Source of the DNA: Alphaproteobacteria bacterium
GTDB taxonomy: Bacteria; Pseudomonadota; Alphaproteobacteria; Bin95
Assembly (NCBI GenBank): GCA_965205265.1
Contig: CBDBGH010000003.1
Location: 5,120,001-5,184,000, forward strand
Length of the DNA: 64,000 bases
Direction of reading: 5' to 3'
Below are positions 49,794 through 62,946 of the stretch, one piece after another. Position 1 is the stretch's first letter. Each line of letters starts with the position of its first letter. Below the pieces are notes generated by a model. It made no database searches. It saw only the letters and a list, made by a program, of their open reading frames with translations, and was not told the DNA's origin. Position numbers and translations under genes: made by a program.

Positions 49794-50679
49794 GCCAGCC
49801 GTGCAGCATCTGCATCCATGGGATCGCCGCCTGCGGGCCGAGGGGCTGCGAAGCTGCCCCCTCGAAGACGTGGTCCACGCCCTCGGCTATCGCCGCGATC
49901 CCGCCGATGCCGCGCGCTGGAGACGAGCCGGTTCGGTCCTCTCCATCAACCGCTTCATGTTCTACGACCATCTGCGCGGAGAGGGAGGCGCCGGGGCCAT
50001 CCAGCTGGCGGTTCATGCGCTCGGATGCCCAACGACCGAAGCCCTCGACTTCCTCGCCCAACTGCCGCGCCACTCACGGCTCCCGAACAGTCGCTGTGAG
50101 GCGGAGCCCTCGTGCCAGGACCCTCGCTGGCCGGCGCTGCGGCAATACCTCATCGAGCAGCGCGGCCTCGCCGACGCGCTCGTCGAGCTATGCCGAGGCC
50201 TCGGCCTGATCCGTGCCGACCGGCGCGGCAATCCCGTGTTCCTCCGCCGAAACGCCGCCAGCAAGGTGGTCGGCATAGAGACCCTCCCCGCAGCGCAGGA
50301 GCCGGCCGCAGACGGCGGCTTCTGGATGTCATGGGAGCCCGACTGGCCCGGCACCGTCATCCTCACCGGCAGCGCCCTCGACGCCCTGTCGATCCTCTCC
50401 CTCCACCTCGTCCCGGAAAAACGCAGCAAATGCGCCGTCGTCTCCACCGGCGCCATCACGGCCAGAATCCCCAAATGGGTCGAGGCCTGGAACCCGCGCC
50501 GTATCTTCTGTGCCTGGGACGCTACACGATACGGCGATCACGCCGCCCGCCGCATGCAAGACAACGACACAAGAATCGTCCGAATGCGACCGGCCCTCGA
50601 AAACCAGGACTGGAACGACATGCTCATCCGTGACCGCGACGGCGAGCCGCTCGAAACCGATGACCGCCCAATCAGATGA
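49786..50679 (+). CDS. DUF3991/Toprim primase-like protein with degenerate acidic motifs
   Basis: [30 protein letters not shown] and DWNDML motifs. Confidence 0.7.
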   Translation: MPEPAVQHLHPWDRRLRAEGLRSCPLEDVVHALGYRRDPADAARWRRAGSVLSINRFMFYDHLRGEGGAGAIQLAVHALGCPTTEALDFLAQLPRHSRLPNSRCEAEPSCQDPRWPALRQYLIEQRGLADALVELCRGLGLIRADRRGNPVFLRRNAASKVVGIETLPAAQEPAADGGFWMSWEPDWPGTVILTGSALDALSILSLHLVPEKRSKCAVVSTGAITARIPKWVEAWNPRRIFCAWDATRYGDHAARRMQDNDTRIVRMRPALENQDWNDMLIRDRDGEPLETDDRPIR

Positions 50680-50759
50680 ACGCAACACCTAACCCATGCG
50701 ACGCTGCTCGCAAGCCGCACAAACCGGCCGTTCCGCGCCAGCAAATAAACGCCCTTCCT

Positions 50760-50894
50760 AACCGTCGCTAACATCCGGGAACGGTAACGGCGGACCGCGT
50801 CCAGGCCTGCCCCTGTCGGCGGTGGCGGATTGCCGAGAGCTTCCAGCAAGGCCCTGCTGTCCTGTTCCGACAGCGTCGTGGTCCGATCCGGCAT
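50760..50894 (-). pseudogene. DUF1778 (TacA-like) antitoxin C-terminal remnant
   Basis: TTLSEQDSRALLEALGNPPPP...AVRRYR. Confidence 0.5.
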
Positions 50895-51378
50895 TTCGTC
50901 GTTTACGGCCGTCTTCCTCTCCGAGGACAATTCGGTTTCTCCTGTGTGTCCCGACCATGTGTCGACTCTCGGATGTGCGCAATCATGCAGGTCAGCCGAT
51001 GCTGGCGTTGCATGGTCCCGTAATCGCAAGTCCCATGGGATTGTTCCAGTCGTACCGGCGCTGCGGCGGCGGCATGGACTGCTCGGCTGGAAAACGGCCC
51101 AAACGGGAAAGTCGCAGAGACTCCTCATACTGCCCGGATGGAGTTCGACAGACGGGCCGGCACGACTGCGGCCGATGGTGCGGATGCCGGGGGACGGTGA
51201 AGCCGTCATCGGCGAGAGCGGGAATGCGGAGGCGGTGCGCCGGGCTCTCGCGGCCGCGGCGGCGGACGCCGCCTTGCCCCCGTGCTCGGCGCTGCCACGC
51301 GTGAGTTCGCCCGCAGCGTCTTGATTGCACCGCAATCGCTGCGTAGACTGGTCTGCCGGAAGAACGGAGGACGGCGGC

Positions 51379-51621
51379 ATGGCGAGCATCACGATCCGCA
51401 ATCTCGACGACGAGGTGAAGACGCGCCTGCGCGTGCGGGCGGCCGAGCACCACCGCTCCATGGAAGAGGAAGCGCGGCTGATCCTGCGCGAGGCTGTCGA
51501 TCGCGGGCGGGAGACGAGGAACCTCGCGGAGATTGCCCGCTCGCATTTCGGGCCGGACAACGGGGTGGACCTGGAACTGCCGCCGCGCGAACCCGGACGC
51601 GAACCGCCGTCCTTCGATTGA
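51379..51621 (+). CDS. FitA-like ribbon-helix-helix antitoxin
   Basis: MASITIRNLDDEVKTRLRVRAAEHHRSMEEEAR. Confidence 0.9.
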   Translation: MASITIRNLDDEVKTRLRVRAAEHHRSMEEEARLILREAVDRGRETRNLAEIARSHFGPDNGVDLELPPREPGREPPSFD

Positions 51622-51631
51622 GCGCGGCGCA

Positions 51632-51786
51632 ATGTCCCTGCTGGTCGATACGAACGTGGTGTCGGAGTTGATCCGCCGGTCGCCCGATCCGGCGGTGGCA
51701 GGCTGGGTCGCCGCCCGCCCGCTGCACGAGCTTTTCTTCTCTGCCGTCGGCGAGGCGGAGTTGCGCTACGGCGCCGCGATCCTGGC
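51632..51786 (+). pseudogene. VapC/FitB PIN toxin truncated by IS21-A copy 2
   Basis: LVDTNVVSEL..PDPAV..W...AELRYG, then IS end. Confidence 0.88.
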
Positions 51787-52047
51787 TATAGCGCGACAAT
51801 CTGGGTGAGAGCCGCGCGTCAATCAGGATGAGATTCCCCGGCGGCATCGGCGAGTTGATGATTGTCGCGCGGGGCGCGGATTGCAAGCGGTTTCGGATTT
51901 TGATTGTCGCGGCGCGACAAACAGGGTTTTCGGAGAGCGTTTTGATTGTCGCGGGGGGGCCGTCGGGTCGGAGAAGAGACGGCCCGCGGAGGCGATTCCC
52001 GCGGGCTGTGAGTGTTGTGGCCGCTGGGCCGATCTGGCGGCAGCGGT

Positions 52048-54395
<2,348 letters not shown>

Positions 54396-54576
54396 CTACT
54401 CGGAAAAACGTCACCGTTCGCCCAGCCGACCGACCCCGCCAGAAGGTCCAGGAAAAATTTTTGAGGCGGCGGCCCGGAACTCCGGTCGGGCTACGCCCTC
54501 CCTCCGTTCCGGGCCGCCGCCTTCCCCCGTCTCATCCTGATTGTCGCCAGCGTCTCAAGCTGATTGTCGCGCCGCA

Positions 54577-55769
54577 CCCAGGGCCGGCTCGCTCTCGAAG
54601 AGACCCCGGGGGTCGGCACCTGGATAACCATGCCGGCGAAGAGTCTGAAGCCCCCTGGGCAACGCTCCAACCGCTGGCTGTTCAAGTGCCTGCGGTCGCT
54701 CAGCCACTGCGAGCTTTCCGGCATCCGCGACGAAACCCCATGGCAATCGGTACTCGTTTCGGAGTGGGGCCTGAGCAAGGGCAACACGGAAATCCACATC
54801 CTGCTGCCTCCCCTGGCGGCGGAGTTGCTCAAGTCCAGGATAACCTACGCCCGGATCGAATCCTCGATCCTTCACAGCATGCCACGCTCCCGGCACTCCC
54901 AGAAGCTATTCGCCGTGCTGGCGGACAGGCGCCGTCAGGACCGTCCCACATGGACATACAGCCTCGACGAACTGCGTGAGGCCCTCGACCTCAACCATCA
55001 GCGGCAATATACCGACTGGACGCGCCTGCGCCAGAAAGTGCTCGTCCCGGCGATCAACACGATCAACGCGAACAGCCCCGTCCAGGTCGCCATGACCCCG
55101 ATAAAGCTGGGACGGCAGGTCACGGCGGTCCGCTTCGACTGGGACTGGTCCGGCTATTCGCCTTCTTCCGCCAACAGCCTTCCCGAAACGGAATCCCACA
55201 CCCCCGACGACGGCCACGCCGAGGGGACCGATCCCGACAACCGGACCGAGGAAGCGCGCGAATGGTGGGCGGGGACAGACCGCAAAACCCGGAAATACAC
55301 CCTCCTCAAGCTCGGCATCGCCAACCCCGGATCCGAAGACCTCCAGGACGAGTCCCCCTACGCCCTCGAAGCCTGGCAACTCATCCGCGACCTCAAGGCC
55401 CCACCCGACGAAAGGGAACACCAACGCGACGCGCGCAGGCGGGTGCGGGGCTCGGCCACAACCGAACGCGAACAGGAATTCGAGAGACTCCTCGATGACC
55501 TGGGGCAACGGCCCGAGGACATGCCGATCCAGACCGACCCCCCCGAAACCGGAGAGCATGAGCCCGCCCGGGACAATCCCTTCTCCTCACTCTCGAGGCC
55601 GGCCGCACCCGAGGCCCAGCCAACCAGCCTGCTTCCGTTCCCCTCGACCGAATCGCTCCCCGAAACGGAGAGCCCTCCCCCGGCAAGAGGCGACCCGACG
55701 GAACAGGAAGAACCGCCCGACGACGAACTCGACCAGTTGAGCTGGTACGAGTCCCTTATCGGCCAATAG
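54577..55769 (+). pseudogene. Rep_3-family plasmid replication initiator, 5' end removed by IS21-A
   Basis: Winged-helix signature YSLDELREAL...Y.DWTRLRQKVL.PAI..IN...IKLGRQVTAVRF; ORF runs out of the IS end. Confidence 0.75.
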
Positions 55770-55976
55770 ACCCCGGCCTGGAAATCACAACCCCTCCCCG
55801 CAGCACCGGGCAAGCGGGCCCGCCTGTTGCCAGCGGCAGGCCACCACCCTATATGGCCCGCATGAATCCCGCCGACCCGAATCGCGCATTCCCGCTATCC
55901 TGTCCTGAAGAACAGGGTCGCGGCCGCGCGCGCGGTCGCAATGCCGGTCGCCGAATAACGCTCTGAACAACCTTGC

Positions 55977-56051
55977 GGGCTCGTAGCTCAACGGTCAGAG
56001 CAGGCGCCTTATAAGCGTCAGATCCAGGTTCAACTCCCGGCGGGCCTACCA
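55977..56051 (+). tRNA. tRNA-Ile, anticodon UAU, CCA encoded
   Basis: Acceptor GGGCTCG/CGGGCCT+ACCA; D arm GCTC/GAGC; anticodon arm GGCGC-CTTATAA-GCGTC; TTCAACT T loop (one A-C mismatch in T stem). Confidence 0.88.
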
Positions 56052-56209
56052 ACGCCGTCCAGATACCCTCTTCCGTCCATCCCCCCGCTCGCGAGCGGGG
56101 GACAGCGAAAAAGGAAAGGCGCTCGGAATTTTTTGGCACAATTCGGCGCCCGGGCGTCAAGACGTCGGACAATTCCGCTCCCGCCGCCGTCGGCGCCGCG
56201 CCCGTTGTC

Positions 56210-57140
56210 TCACATCCCGAAATCGTCCGCTGCCCGATCCCGTCCTTCCGGCCCGGCCTCTTCCGGTTCCTTCGCCGGTGAGACGGGCGCCGGCGGTTCG
56301 GGCATGCCGGCCGCGACCCAGGACCGGAAGGACGGGATCGGGCAGCGGTAAAGGCCGTCCGCGCAGGCCTGCAGCGCCCCGTGGTGGACCAAGTGGTCGA
56401 GAAACTCGTTCGCCTCCATCTTCCGAGGCAGGCGCCAACCGGAGCTTTTGTCCCCGTTCTCCCGGGCCAGACGCTCCAGTTCGTCGACGATGGCCCGGCG
56501 GCGCACGCCGCCTTTCGGCGGCAGGACCTGCATCAGCGCCTGCAGCATGAACTCGGCGCCATCCATCTCCGTCGAGACGCGCGGCCGGTACGCCTCCTCC
56601 ACACGCCGCCGGGCTTCCGCCTCGTCCACGGCGGGGAAGTCCACATCGGCGAGGCGGCGGCCGGCATCGGCCAGCCCGACCGCCAGCGCGCTCATGGCGT
56701 TGTACAGATGCTGCGGCCAGCCGTCGGAGCGGTCGGCCAGCCACGCCTCCCAGGACGCCCGGCAGCCACCCGCGCAGTCCACCCGGTATTTCGTGAACAG
56801 TCCGTCCAGGGCCTCGCGCACCTCGTCCTCGTCCAGCGCCTCCAGCGGGCGCACCGCACCGCCCGTGAAACGCGACAGGCCGATCTCGCGCAGGCTCTCG
56901 CGCGAAGAGCCCAGCCCCGCCATCACCGGCACGATCGGCAGGCCGTTCTCGGCCAGGTGAAGCTGGTTCAGAACCGCCAGTACGGACCGTCGCGAGCGCC
57001 TGCGCGCAGACCCCTTCGACCGCGGCGATCTCGCCCTGGCGCCCGACGAAGAACTCCGCCGGATGCCGGTCGCCGCGCCGCGCGAACGCCCGCAGGCCTT
57101 CCGTCAGGACGCTTTCGTCATTGGAGGCCGGGCCGTGCAT
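56210..57140 (-). pseudogene. AAA/ATP-binding protein with internal deletion and frameshift
   Basis: FFVGRQGEI N-terminus jumps near 56985 to LNQLH..PVMAGLG..SDGWPQHL in another frame; Walker A and B missing. Confidence 0.6.
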
Positions 57141-57369
57141 CGCCCCCCCTTTCTCTCCCCAGTATAGCACCGGAGGCCGGGCGGAAGACTGCTCGAAGGT
57201 AATGTGGCACGGGACCCGGCATCCGGACCCACACAACGGCATCCGGTGTACCGCAACAATTCAATACGGCTGGATCGGGCCGCCGGGCCTGAGGGATTGT
57301 GAGCAGATGGCGGCCCCGGGATTGCGTCCTGACGAACAGGGGCCGCATCCGGCATACATCCACAAACGG

Positions 57370-57579
57370 CTATAGCCGCTTCCCGATACCGGCCTGTTTC
57401 AGAATGTCGTTCGCCGTATGGCGGCTTTTGGGATTGAGCGGGACCGACAGGGTCCGTTTGCCGGAGCCCGACGCCTCGCGCCGCCATATCTCATGGCTGC
57501 CCTTGCCGGGCCGCTCTCCTCGAACCCATCCCTCAGCAGACAGAATACGGCGAAGATCCCGGCCGAAGCCTGACCCCAT
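57370..57579 (-). CDS. hicA: HicA-family mRNA interferase toxin
   Basis: GKGSHEIW...SRHTANDILKQAG. Confidence 0.88.
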   Translation of the reverse strand: MGSGFGRDLRRILSAEGWVRGERPGKGSHEIWRREASGSGKRTLSVPLNPKSRHTANDILKQAGIGKRL

Positions 57580-58001
57580 CAGGCGCGAACCGCTTTCGGG
57601 GCGAGATCGGGATCGGCCATCACCAGAGAAACGGACGATACCGAACCACTGCTTGGGCGCCAAAGACCGGGAAGGCCGACGACCATGCCGTCGTCAATGC
57701 TCGCGCTCCCCTTCTTGGGGGTGGAGTCTGTCACGAGACCGGGGAGCCCAAACCATTGTCCCTGTTGACGCCGCGAAGCCGGACGAACCGGCGGAACGGC
57801 GGGGACAAGGGACAGGCGGCAACCCTCTACCGGGATGCCGAGATTCTCCCGAATCAGGTACGGAGCGCAGTCCAGAAGGGCATCGACAAGCCCGGCTATG
57901 TCCGGAGCTTCCAGAACCAGGCCGGGGAGATCATCGCTCCCGGCAATCAGGACGCCGGTCTCCTCGCATTGCGAAACGGCAATCTGGAACTCACGGGTCA
58001 T
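57579..58001 (-). CDS. HicB-like/DUF1902 antitoxin
   Basis: CEETGV.IA.SDDLPGLVLEA; abuts hicA. Confidence 0.75.
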   Translation of the reverse strand: MTREFQIAVSQCEETGVLIAGSDDLPGLVLEAPDIAGLVDALLDCAPYLIRENLGIPVEGCRLSLVPAVPPVRPASRRQQGQWFGLPGLVTDSTPKKGSASIDDGMVVGLPGLWRPSSGSVSSVSLVMADPDLAPKAVRA

Positions 58002-58270
58002 GCCGCGCCTCTATCCGTGCGATGCTGCTCTGCGGCCGCGGCTGCAAAATCCAAGCTCATCATGAGGCACTCTACCCATTACTAACCTCACCTCAACTAT
58101 ACAGCCATTCGCGCTCCGCAGCCATAACATCGCCGACACCGGCAGCGAACGGGTCGGTCCGCGTCTGGCTGGCGGGGAAGGACGGGACCGGGGCACTTTG
58201 TGCCAGTTTAGCTTCGGCTAAAGGCGAGTACTTCGTCCACCGATCCCACAGAAATTCCGAACACCTCTCG

Positions 58271-58300
58271 AAAAAGGCCCCCGCGGCGAGCGGGGGCCTT
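58271..58300 (-). terminator. Rho-independent terminator
   Basis: AAGGCCCCCGC/GCGGGGGCCTT stem followed by a T-run on the minus strand. Confidence 0.7.
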
Positions 58301-58346
58301 CATTCGTGAACGAGCTGGGCTCCCGCCGCGAAAGCGGCGGGTCTGC

Positions 58347-59654
58347 CTACGGCTCCAGACGTTCCGCCTCGGCGGCCTCCGCACGCTGCGCCCAGTAACG
58401 GTCCTCGACCGCTGCACATGCCCCGCGCAACCGCTCCAGCTCGTCAGTGTCCGGAACTTCCTCCGGTGAAATCGTCGGGATCCCCTCGCCGCCATCCATC
58501 TCGAGCAGGGGACGCCGGTCCACCGTCTCCCAGGAATAGAAATAGTGCATCCCGTATCCCGGCTCGCGCACCAGAATCACGTCTCGCTCGTCCGCGCTCG
58601 CGAGCGACACCTCATACTGGTAGCGCTCCCCGACCGAGTCCTGGATCACCGTGCCCAGCTTCTCGACGGCCTTGTCCACCCGGGGGCCGCTCAGGACCTC
58701 GTCGCGGTCCCTGAACGCCTGGATCACCGTATCGTATTCCTCACGCTCCAGAATGCCGACCGCCAGATCCTCTATCGCCGTCTTCGTAAGCGGACGGAAA
58801 ACCTGCCTGCACAGGGCGCCATTCGTCCGCACCGCCTGGCGCAGCATGTTGTCGTCCACCAGCATCGGGCCGGTCGGCGCCCGCACCGTGACCCCGGCAT
58901 CCGCCCGGGCCGTCACGCCGCGCTCCCCGAGAACGCCGTTCATGCCCTCGGGACTCGCTCGGCCCGCATCCGCGTTCGCCGGATCGAGAACCCGAATGCG
59001 CTCCCGCAGCATCCTCGCCTCCAGATACCGGTCGAGTCCCTCGGGAACCGGGGCATCGCGCAGGTTCTCGAGGACGTTCATCATCAGCCCGGTCTGGTCG
59101 AAGGACCGGCTCTGCGTCCGCTCCCCTATATCGCCCACGAACACGCGCAGCGTCCCGATCAGCCCTCGGCGGAGATCCTCCTCGATCACCTCGTGCGCCC
59201 TGTCCGAGTGCAGCCAGGAATGCAGCCGAAGCATGATCGCCGCGTTGTTGCCCCCCTCCGCAATCAGGGGGATGTTGCCGTCCTGCTCGGCCCGCTCCAC
59301 GTCGCCCTCGATATTGCGCGTGTTCCGCAGCGTGTAGAGGACAGGCTCCATCCCATCCCCGTCCTCCTCCGCATCCGGAGCCTCGTCCGCCTCCGGCACA
59401 ATCACCGTCGCCCTGGTCGCGCCATCCTCGCTGCGCCAGATCGCCAGACCCATGCCGGGGTCCATGTCCACCGCGTAGGCAGCCGGGTCGTCGTCCTCGC
59501 TCTCCCGCAGGACCGCCGCCGACGGCAGTATCACCTGGGCGTTCGTCCTGTACGCCGTCTCCGCGTCATGACGCGTCGTCGCGAACGACTGATACGCCTC
59601 CTTCGCCTTCTCCATCAGGACGCTCACATTGATGCGCATCGCTCTCTTCTCCAA
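58347..59654 (-). CDS. Hypothetical acidic protein
   Basis: 435-aa ORF with strong codon bias; no recognised motif. Confidence 0.75.
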   Translation of the reverse strand: MEKRAMRINVSVLMEKAKEAYQSFATTRHDAETAYRTNAQVILPSAAVLRESEDDDPAAYAVDMDPGMGLAIWRSEDGATRATVIVPEADEAPDAEEDGDGMEPVLYTLRNTRNIEGDVERAEQDGNIPLIAEGGNNAAIMLRLHSWLHSDRAHEVIEEDLRRGLIGTLRVFVGDIGERTQSRSFDQTGLMMNVLENLRDAPVPEGLDRYLEARMLRERIRVLDPANADAGRASPEGMNGVLGERGVTARADAGVTVRAPTGPMLVDDNMLRQAVRTNGALCRQVFRPLTKTAIEDLAVGILEREEYDTVIQAFRDRDEVLSGPRVDKAVEKLGTVIQDSVGERYQYEVSLASADERDVILVREPGYGMHYFYSWETVDRRPLLEMDGGEGIPTISPEEVPDTDELERLRGACAAVEDRYWAQRAEAAEAERLEP

Positions 59655-59731
59655 TCGCGGTCCGCTGCTCCGTCACATCCCCGAACCTAAAAGGGGGGTG
59701 TGAAAACGCCAAACCCGAAACCCTGCCGCCA

Positions 59732-61384
59732 TCAATCCCAGGGCGACGGAGCCGGCAGGGTCTCCGCGCCGGGGCCCTCTATCCCCAGACGTCGAGCCCA
59801 GAAGGCAGCCGACGCCATCTCGTGGTTCTGCTCCGCATGCTGGCGCAATTCCATCCAGCAGCGCCCGAGAAGATTCTCCCCCACCAGACGCTCGCCCCTG
59901 GGAACAGCGCCCCAAAACCCGTCGCGGCGCGAGATCTCGACGATCGGCAATCCCCCTGTCCTCTCGAACTCCCGGTCAACCCCCGCAGGGTCCGCCTCCC
60001 GTTTCAGACGAATGGCCCATCTCATCACATCCAGCCGGCGGTCCTCCCAGCCCTCCACCGGGATGTTCGACGGATCGCGGCCGATCTCCGCCGCCCGCTT
60101 CGCCGTCGGCGCGGCCGCAATGAGATCCTGCACCTCCCGCGAATGCGGAAACTTCGCGAACATGTGATAGACATGCTCCGACGTCGGCAATTCCCACGGG
60201 CCGAGCCGGATCGGCTCTTCCAGCGGATAGAAGTTCGAGAACCGGCCCCACTCCGCGCGCGTGAACCGGAACGCGCAAACCCCGGATGGCTCATAGACCC
60301 GCGCGCCGCCGGCGCGGTCCTCCGGCGAATCCGAAAACGACCGCCTGGCCGACGTCACGGACCGATGCAGGGCCTCCATCGAATTGCGGACCTGCAACTC
60401 CGCCGTCTTGCCAAGGTTCAGGACCGGAATGCCATACCGCGACGCAATCAGGAGCCCCATCCCCGTGCCACCGGACACCGCGCCTCCGGCCGTCCAGCAA
60501 ACAACCGCATCCACAGGGCGGTCCAGCTCCGGGCCCAGAAGAATCGCGACATTGCGCGCATGCAGGCGCCGGGCACCCTGCGAGCACCGCTCCCACGCCG
60601 GGTGCAACGAAGCGGCAATCTCCACACAGCGCCCGAATGCAGGACGGTCCAGGACAAAGCAGTCCGGACCCTCCAGACCGTTGTAGCCCTCCCAGGGAAG
60701 CAACAGCTGGCGCTGCGAAGGCGGCACGCCGTCCTGGAAGGCGCTGTCCGCGCCCTTGGCGCCGCCGGTGCGCAACAGCCAGCCCTCCGACGCCCAGGCG
60801 GCTGCCATCAGCCGCATCGACTCCAGGACGGCGGGAGGAGTCTCCCGCGATCCGATGCCGGCATAGGCCGGCCTGCGCTGCCTGAACATCGAGTTCACTC
60901 CCTTCCCTCCTTGCTCCGGGGCGGTCGCCCGCGGTTGCATCACCGTCACGATCCCGGGAGCCATTCCCCCCAGTTCCCTCTCTATCAGTCCCTTCACAAT
61001 TCCCCAGTCCAGTCCGCCGAGTCCCGCACCCAGCGCCGGGACGGCGACCGAACCGATCCCTCTCCTCTCCAATTCCCGCCGGAGGCTCCTCAGCCCTTCC
61101 TCTACATCCCCGGCGCGGCTGCGGTCGCGCCAGTGCCTCTTGGTCGGGAAATTCACGATATAGCGCGGCAGCGTCCCTTCCCCCCGGTCGAACACCATGA
61201 CCCGGCCGGGGCGCATCGCATTCCGCCCGCAGGCCGCCCTGTATGCCTCGAAATTCTCCGGAAACCGTCTTCGGAACTCAAGCGCGAGCCCCTTCCCCAT
61301 CACCCCGACGCAATTCACCGGATTGACCAGCGCCTCGGCGCCGGTCTCGAAAATGTCGCCTTCCGTGAAAACAGGGCCGGCCAT
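59732..61384 (-). CDS. Macro (DarG-like) + SLOG/DprA-like + NADAR triple fusion
   Basis: VNPVNCVGVMGKGLA..NFPTK.HW..PALGAGLGGL; YAGIGSRETP..TGGAKGAD..GGTG; FSNFY..TSEH..DGFWG..GENLLG...MELR. Confidence 0.85.
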   Translation of the reverse strand: MAGPVFTEGDIFETGAEALVNPVNCVGVMGKGLALEFRRRFPENFEAYRAACGRNAMRPGRVMVFDRGEGTLPRYIVNFPTKRHWRDRSRAGDVEEGLRSLRRELERRGIGSVAVPALGAGLGGLDWGIVKGLIERELGGMAPGIVTVMQPRATAPEQGGKGVNSMFRQRRPAYAGIGSRETPPAVLESMRLMAAAWASEGWLLRTGGAKGADSAFQDGVPPSQRQLLLPWEGYNGLEGPDCFVLDRPAFGRCVEIAASLHPAWERCSQGARRLHARNVAILLGPELDRPVDAVVCWTAGGAVSGGTGMGLLIASRYGIPVLNLGKTAELQVRNSMEALHRSVTSARRSFSDSPEDRAGGARVYEPSGVCAFRFTRAEWGRFSNFYPLEEPIRLGPWELPTSEHVYHMFAKFPHSREVQDLIAAAPTAKRAAEIGRDPSNIPVEGWEDRRLDVMRWAIRLKREADPAGVDREFERTGGLPIVEISRRDGFWGAVPRGERLVGENLLGRCWMELRQHAEQNHEMASAAFWARRLGIEGPGAETLPAPSPWD

Positions 61385-61386
61385 CG

Positions 61387-61797
61387 CTACGGCGAAGGAC
61401 TCGGCAGCCCATCATCGGCATCCGGAAACCCGGCGCGGCGGGCCGCGTCATCCAGCTCGTCCCCCTCTTCAACAATCCGGCACGCCCGGCGCGCCGCAGA
61501 GCAATAGACGGAAAGCGGATATTTGGCCTCGAAGAAACGGTCGCGCTCCACCGCCAGACCCATAGGGCCCTTCAAGGATTCCAGCTCGCTTAGCCGGATA
61601 CTACCCGGTTCCGGGAATCCCATCCCCAGGTCGGCCAACCCGAACAGAAGATCGCGGTCCTCGGAATCCATCCGCGCAATGAGCCAGGTGCAGGGCCCGT
61701 CCGGCGTGAAGAACTTCACGACCGGGCAGTGATCGCCGCCACGCTCCTGTCCGTTCCGCAACAGAAGACGCTCGATGTCCTTGGTCACCAGCTTCAT
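61387..61797 (-). CDS. DUF2958 protein
   Basis: PVVKFFTPD..TWL...FGLADLGMGFPE.G...LSEL...VERDRFF. Confidence 0.85.
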   Translation of the reverse strand: MKLVTKDIERLLLRNGQERGGDHCPVVKFFTPDGPCTWLIARMDSEDRDLLFGLADLGMGFPEPGSIRLSELESLKGPMGLAVERDRFFEAKYPLSVYCSAARRACRIVEEGDELDDAARRAGFPDADDGLPSPSP

Positions 61798-61817
61798 GGC
61801 CAGGTCACTCCTCTTTT

Positions 61818-62810
61818 TCACGGCCCCGCCGACGGCGTAGCCGCCAAGGGCGCGAACAGCGCTTCCCGGTCCACGCCCTCCGCAACGATCTCCGAGAGGT
61901 CGGCCCCGTCGAACCTCGCGTCCTCCACCCGACTCCAGGACAGGTCCGCCCCGAACAGATAGGCCTCCCGGAAATCCGCGTGGGTCATGTCCGCCGACAC
62001 CATGCGGACATGCGGAAAATACCCGTTCGCGAGCACGGCCGACCTCATGTCGGCCCGGCTGAAATCCGCATCGCGGCACTGCGCGCCCGTCATCCGAGCC
62101 CCCGAGAGCAGCGCGGAATCCAGCTTTGCGCGGTACAGGACCGCCCCATCGAGACCCGCCTCGCGCAAATCGCAACCCGTCATCACGGCATCCGCAAGCC
62201 CGGCTTTCCCGAGACTCGCCCGGGCCATCCGTGCCCCCACGAACGTGGCGCCCGGAAACCTGCCCTCCTCCATGACGGCCCCGGCCATGTCCGCCCGGAC
62301 GAAATTGGCCCCGGCGGCCATAATCCCCGTCATCCGGGCGCTGGACAGGACCGCATCCAGAAAACAGGCTCCTTCGGCACAGGCGTTCCGGAATCTCGCC
62401 CCGGTCAGGTCCGCCTGGATAAAATCCGCCCTGCCCAACTCGGCGGACACAAAACTCGCGTCCGTCAATTTCGCTTCCCGGAACAGGGCGCCGACAAGGT
62501 CGGCTTCGTCAAACAGCGTCCCGACGAGCGAGGCACGGTGAAACTTCGCTCCGCCCAGTCGTGCCCCGCGGAAATCCACGCCGTCCAGACGGGCATTGTA
62601 GAAGGACGAACACAGGCCCTTCAGATCGCGCAGCATCGCCGAGGTCAGGACCGCGGAATCCAGCCTCGCCCCGGTCAGGTCCGCACCGCGGAAATCCGAG
62701 CCGCTCAGGTCAAGGCCGCTCAGGTCGGCGCCGGCCATGTCCACATCCCGGAAATCGCGCTCACCGGCCGCATAGCGGGCAACAAGCTCCTCTCGGGAAA
62801 GCTCATGCAC
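61818..62810 (-). CDS. Pentapeptide-repeat protein
   Basis: RYAAGERDF then continuous A(D/N)LxxA repeats. Confidence 0.92.
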   Translation of the reverse strand: MHELSREELVARYAAGERDFRDVDMAGADLSGLDLSGSDFRGADLTGARLDSAVLTSAMLRDLKGLCSSFYNARLDGVDFRGARLGGAKFHRASLVGTLFDEADLVGALFREAKLTDASFVSAELGRADFIQADLTGARFRNACAEGACFLDAVLSSARMTGIMAAGANFVRADMAGAVMEEGRFPGATFVGARMARASLGKAGLADAVMTGCDLREAGLDGAVLYRAKLDSALLSGARMTGAQCRDADFSRADMRSAVLANGYFPHVRMVSADMTHADFREAYLFGADLSWSRVEDARFDGADLSEIVAEGVDREALFAPLAATPSAGP

Positions 62811-62946
62811 TCGAAAATCCCCTCCTCGCCTTCCGGCGGCACGTCGATGCGCCGCCTCTCTCCCAAGCTCCCGTCATGCAGGGAATCCCTGAAAATTCAA
62901 AACCGCCGGGCACCGCGGCGGAAGCCGCCCGCCCGCACGTCCGGGC

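Larger units (their letters stand above)
46688..50687 (+). mobile_element. IS21-family element B with two accessory ORFs (right end approximate)
   Basis: Starts TGTCGGTG (same end seen at 32758); candidate right end ...GAACGCAACA with weak inverted similarity; no TSD seen. Confidence 0.7.

Noticed and set aside
55977-56051. tRNA as the attachment site of the integrase element
   Set aside because: No duplicated tRNA 3' end seen in the window, and the integrases are 14 kb away.
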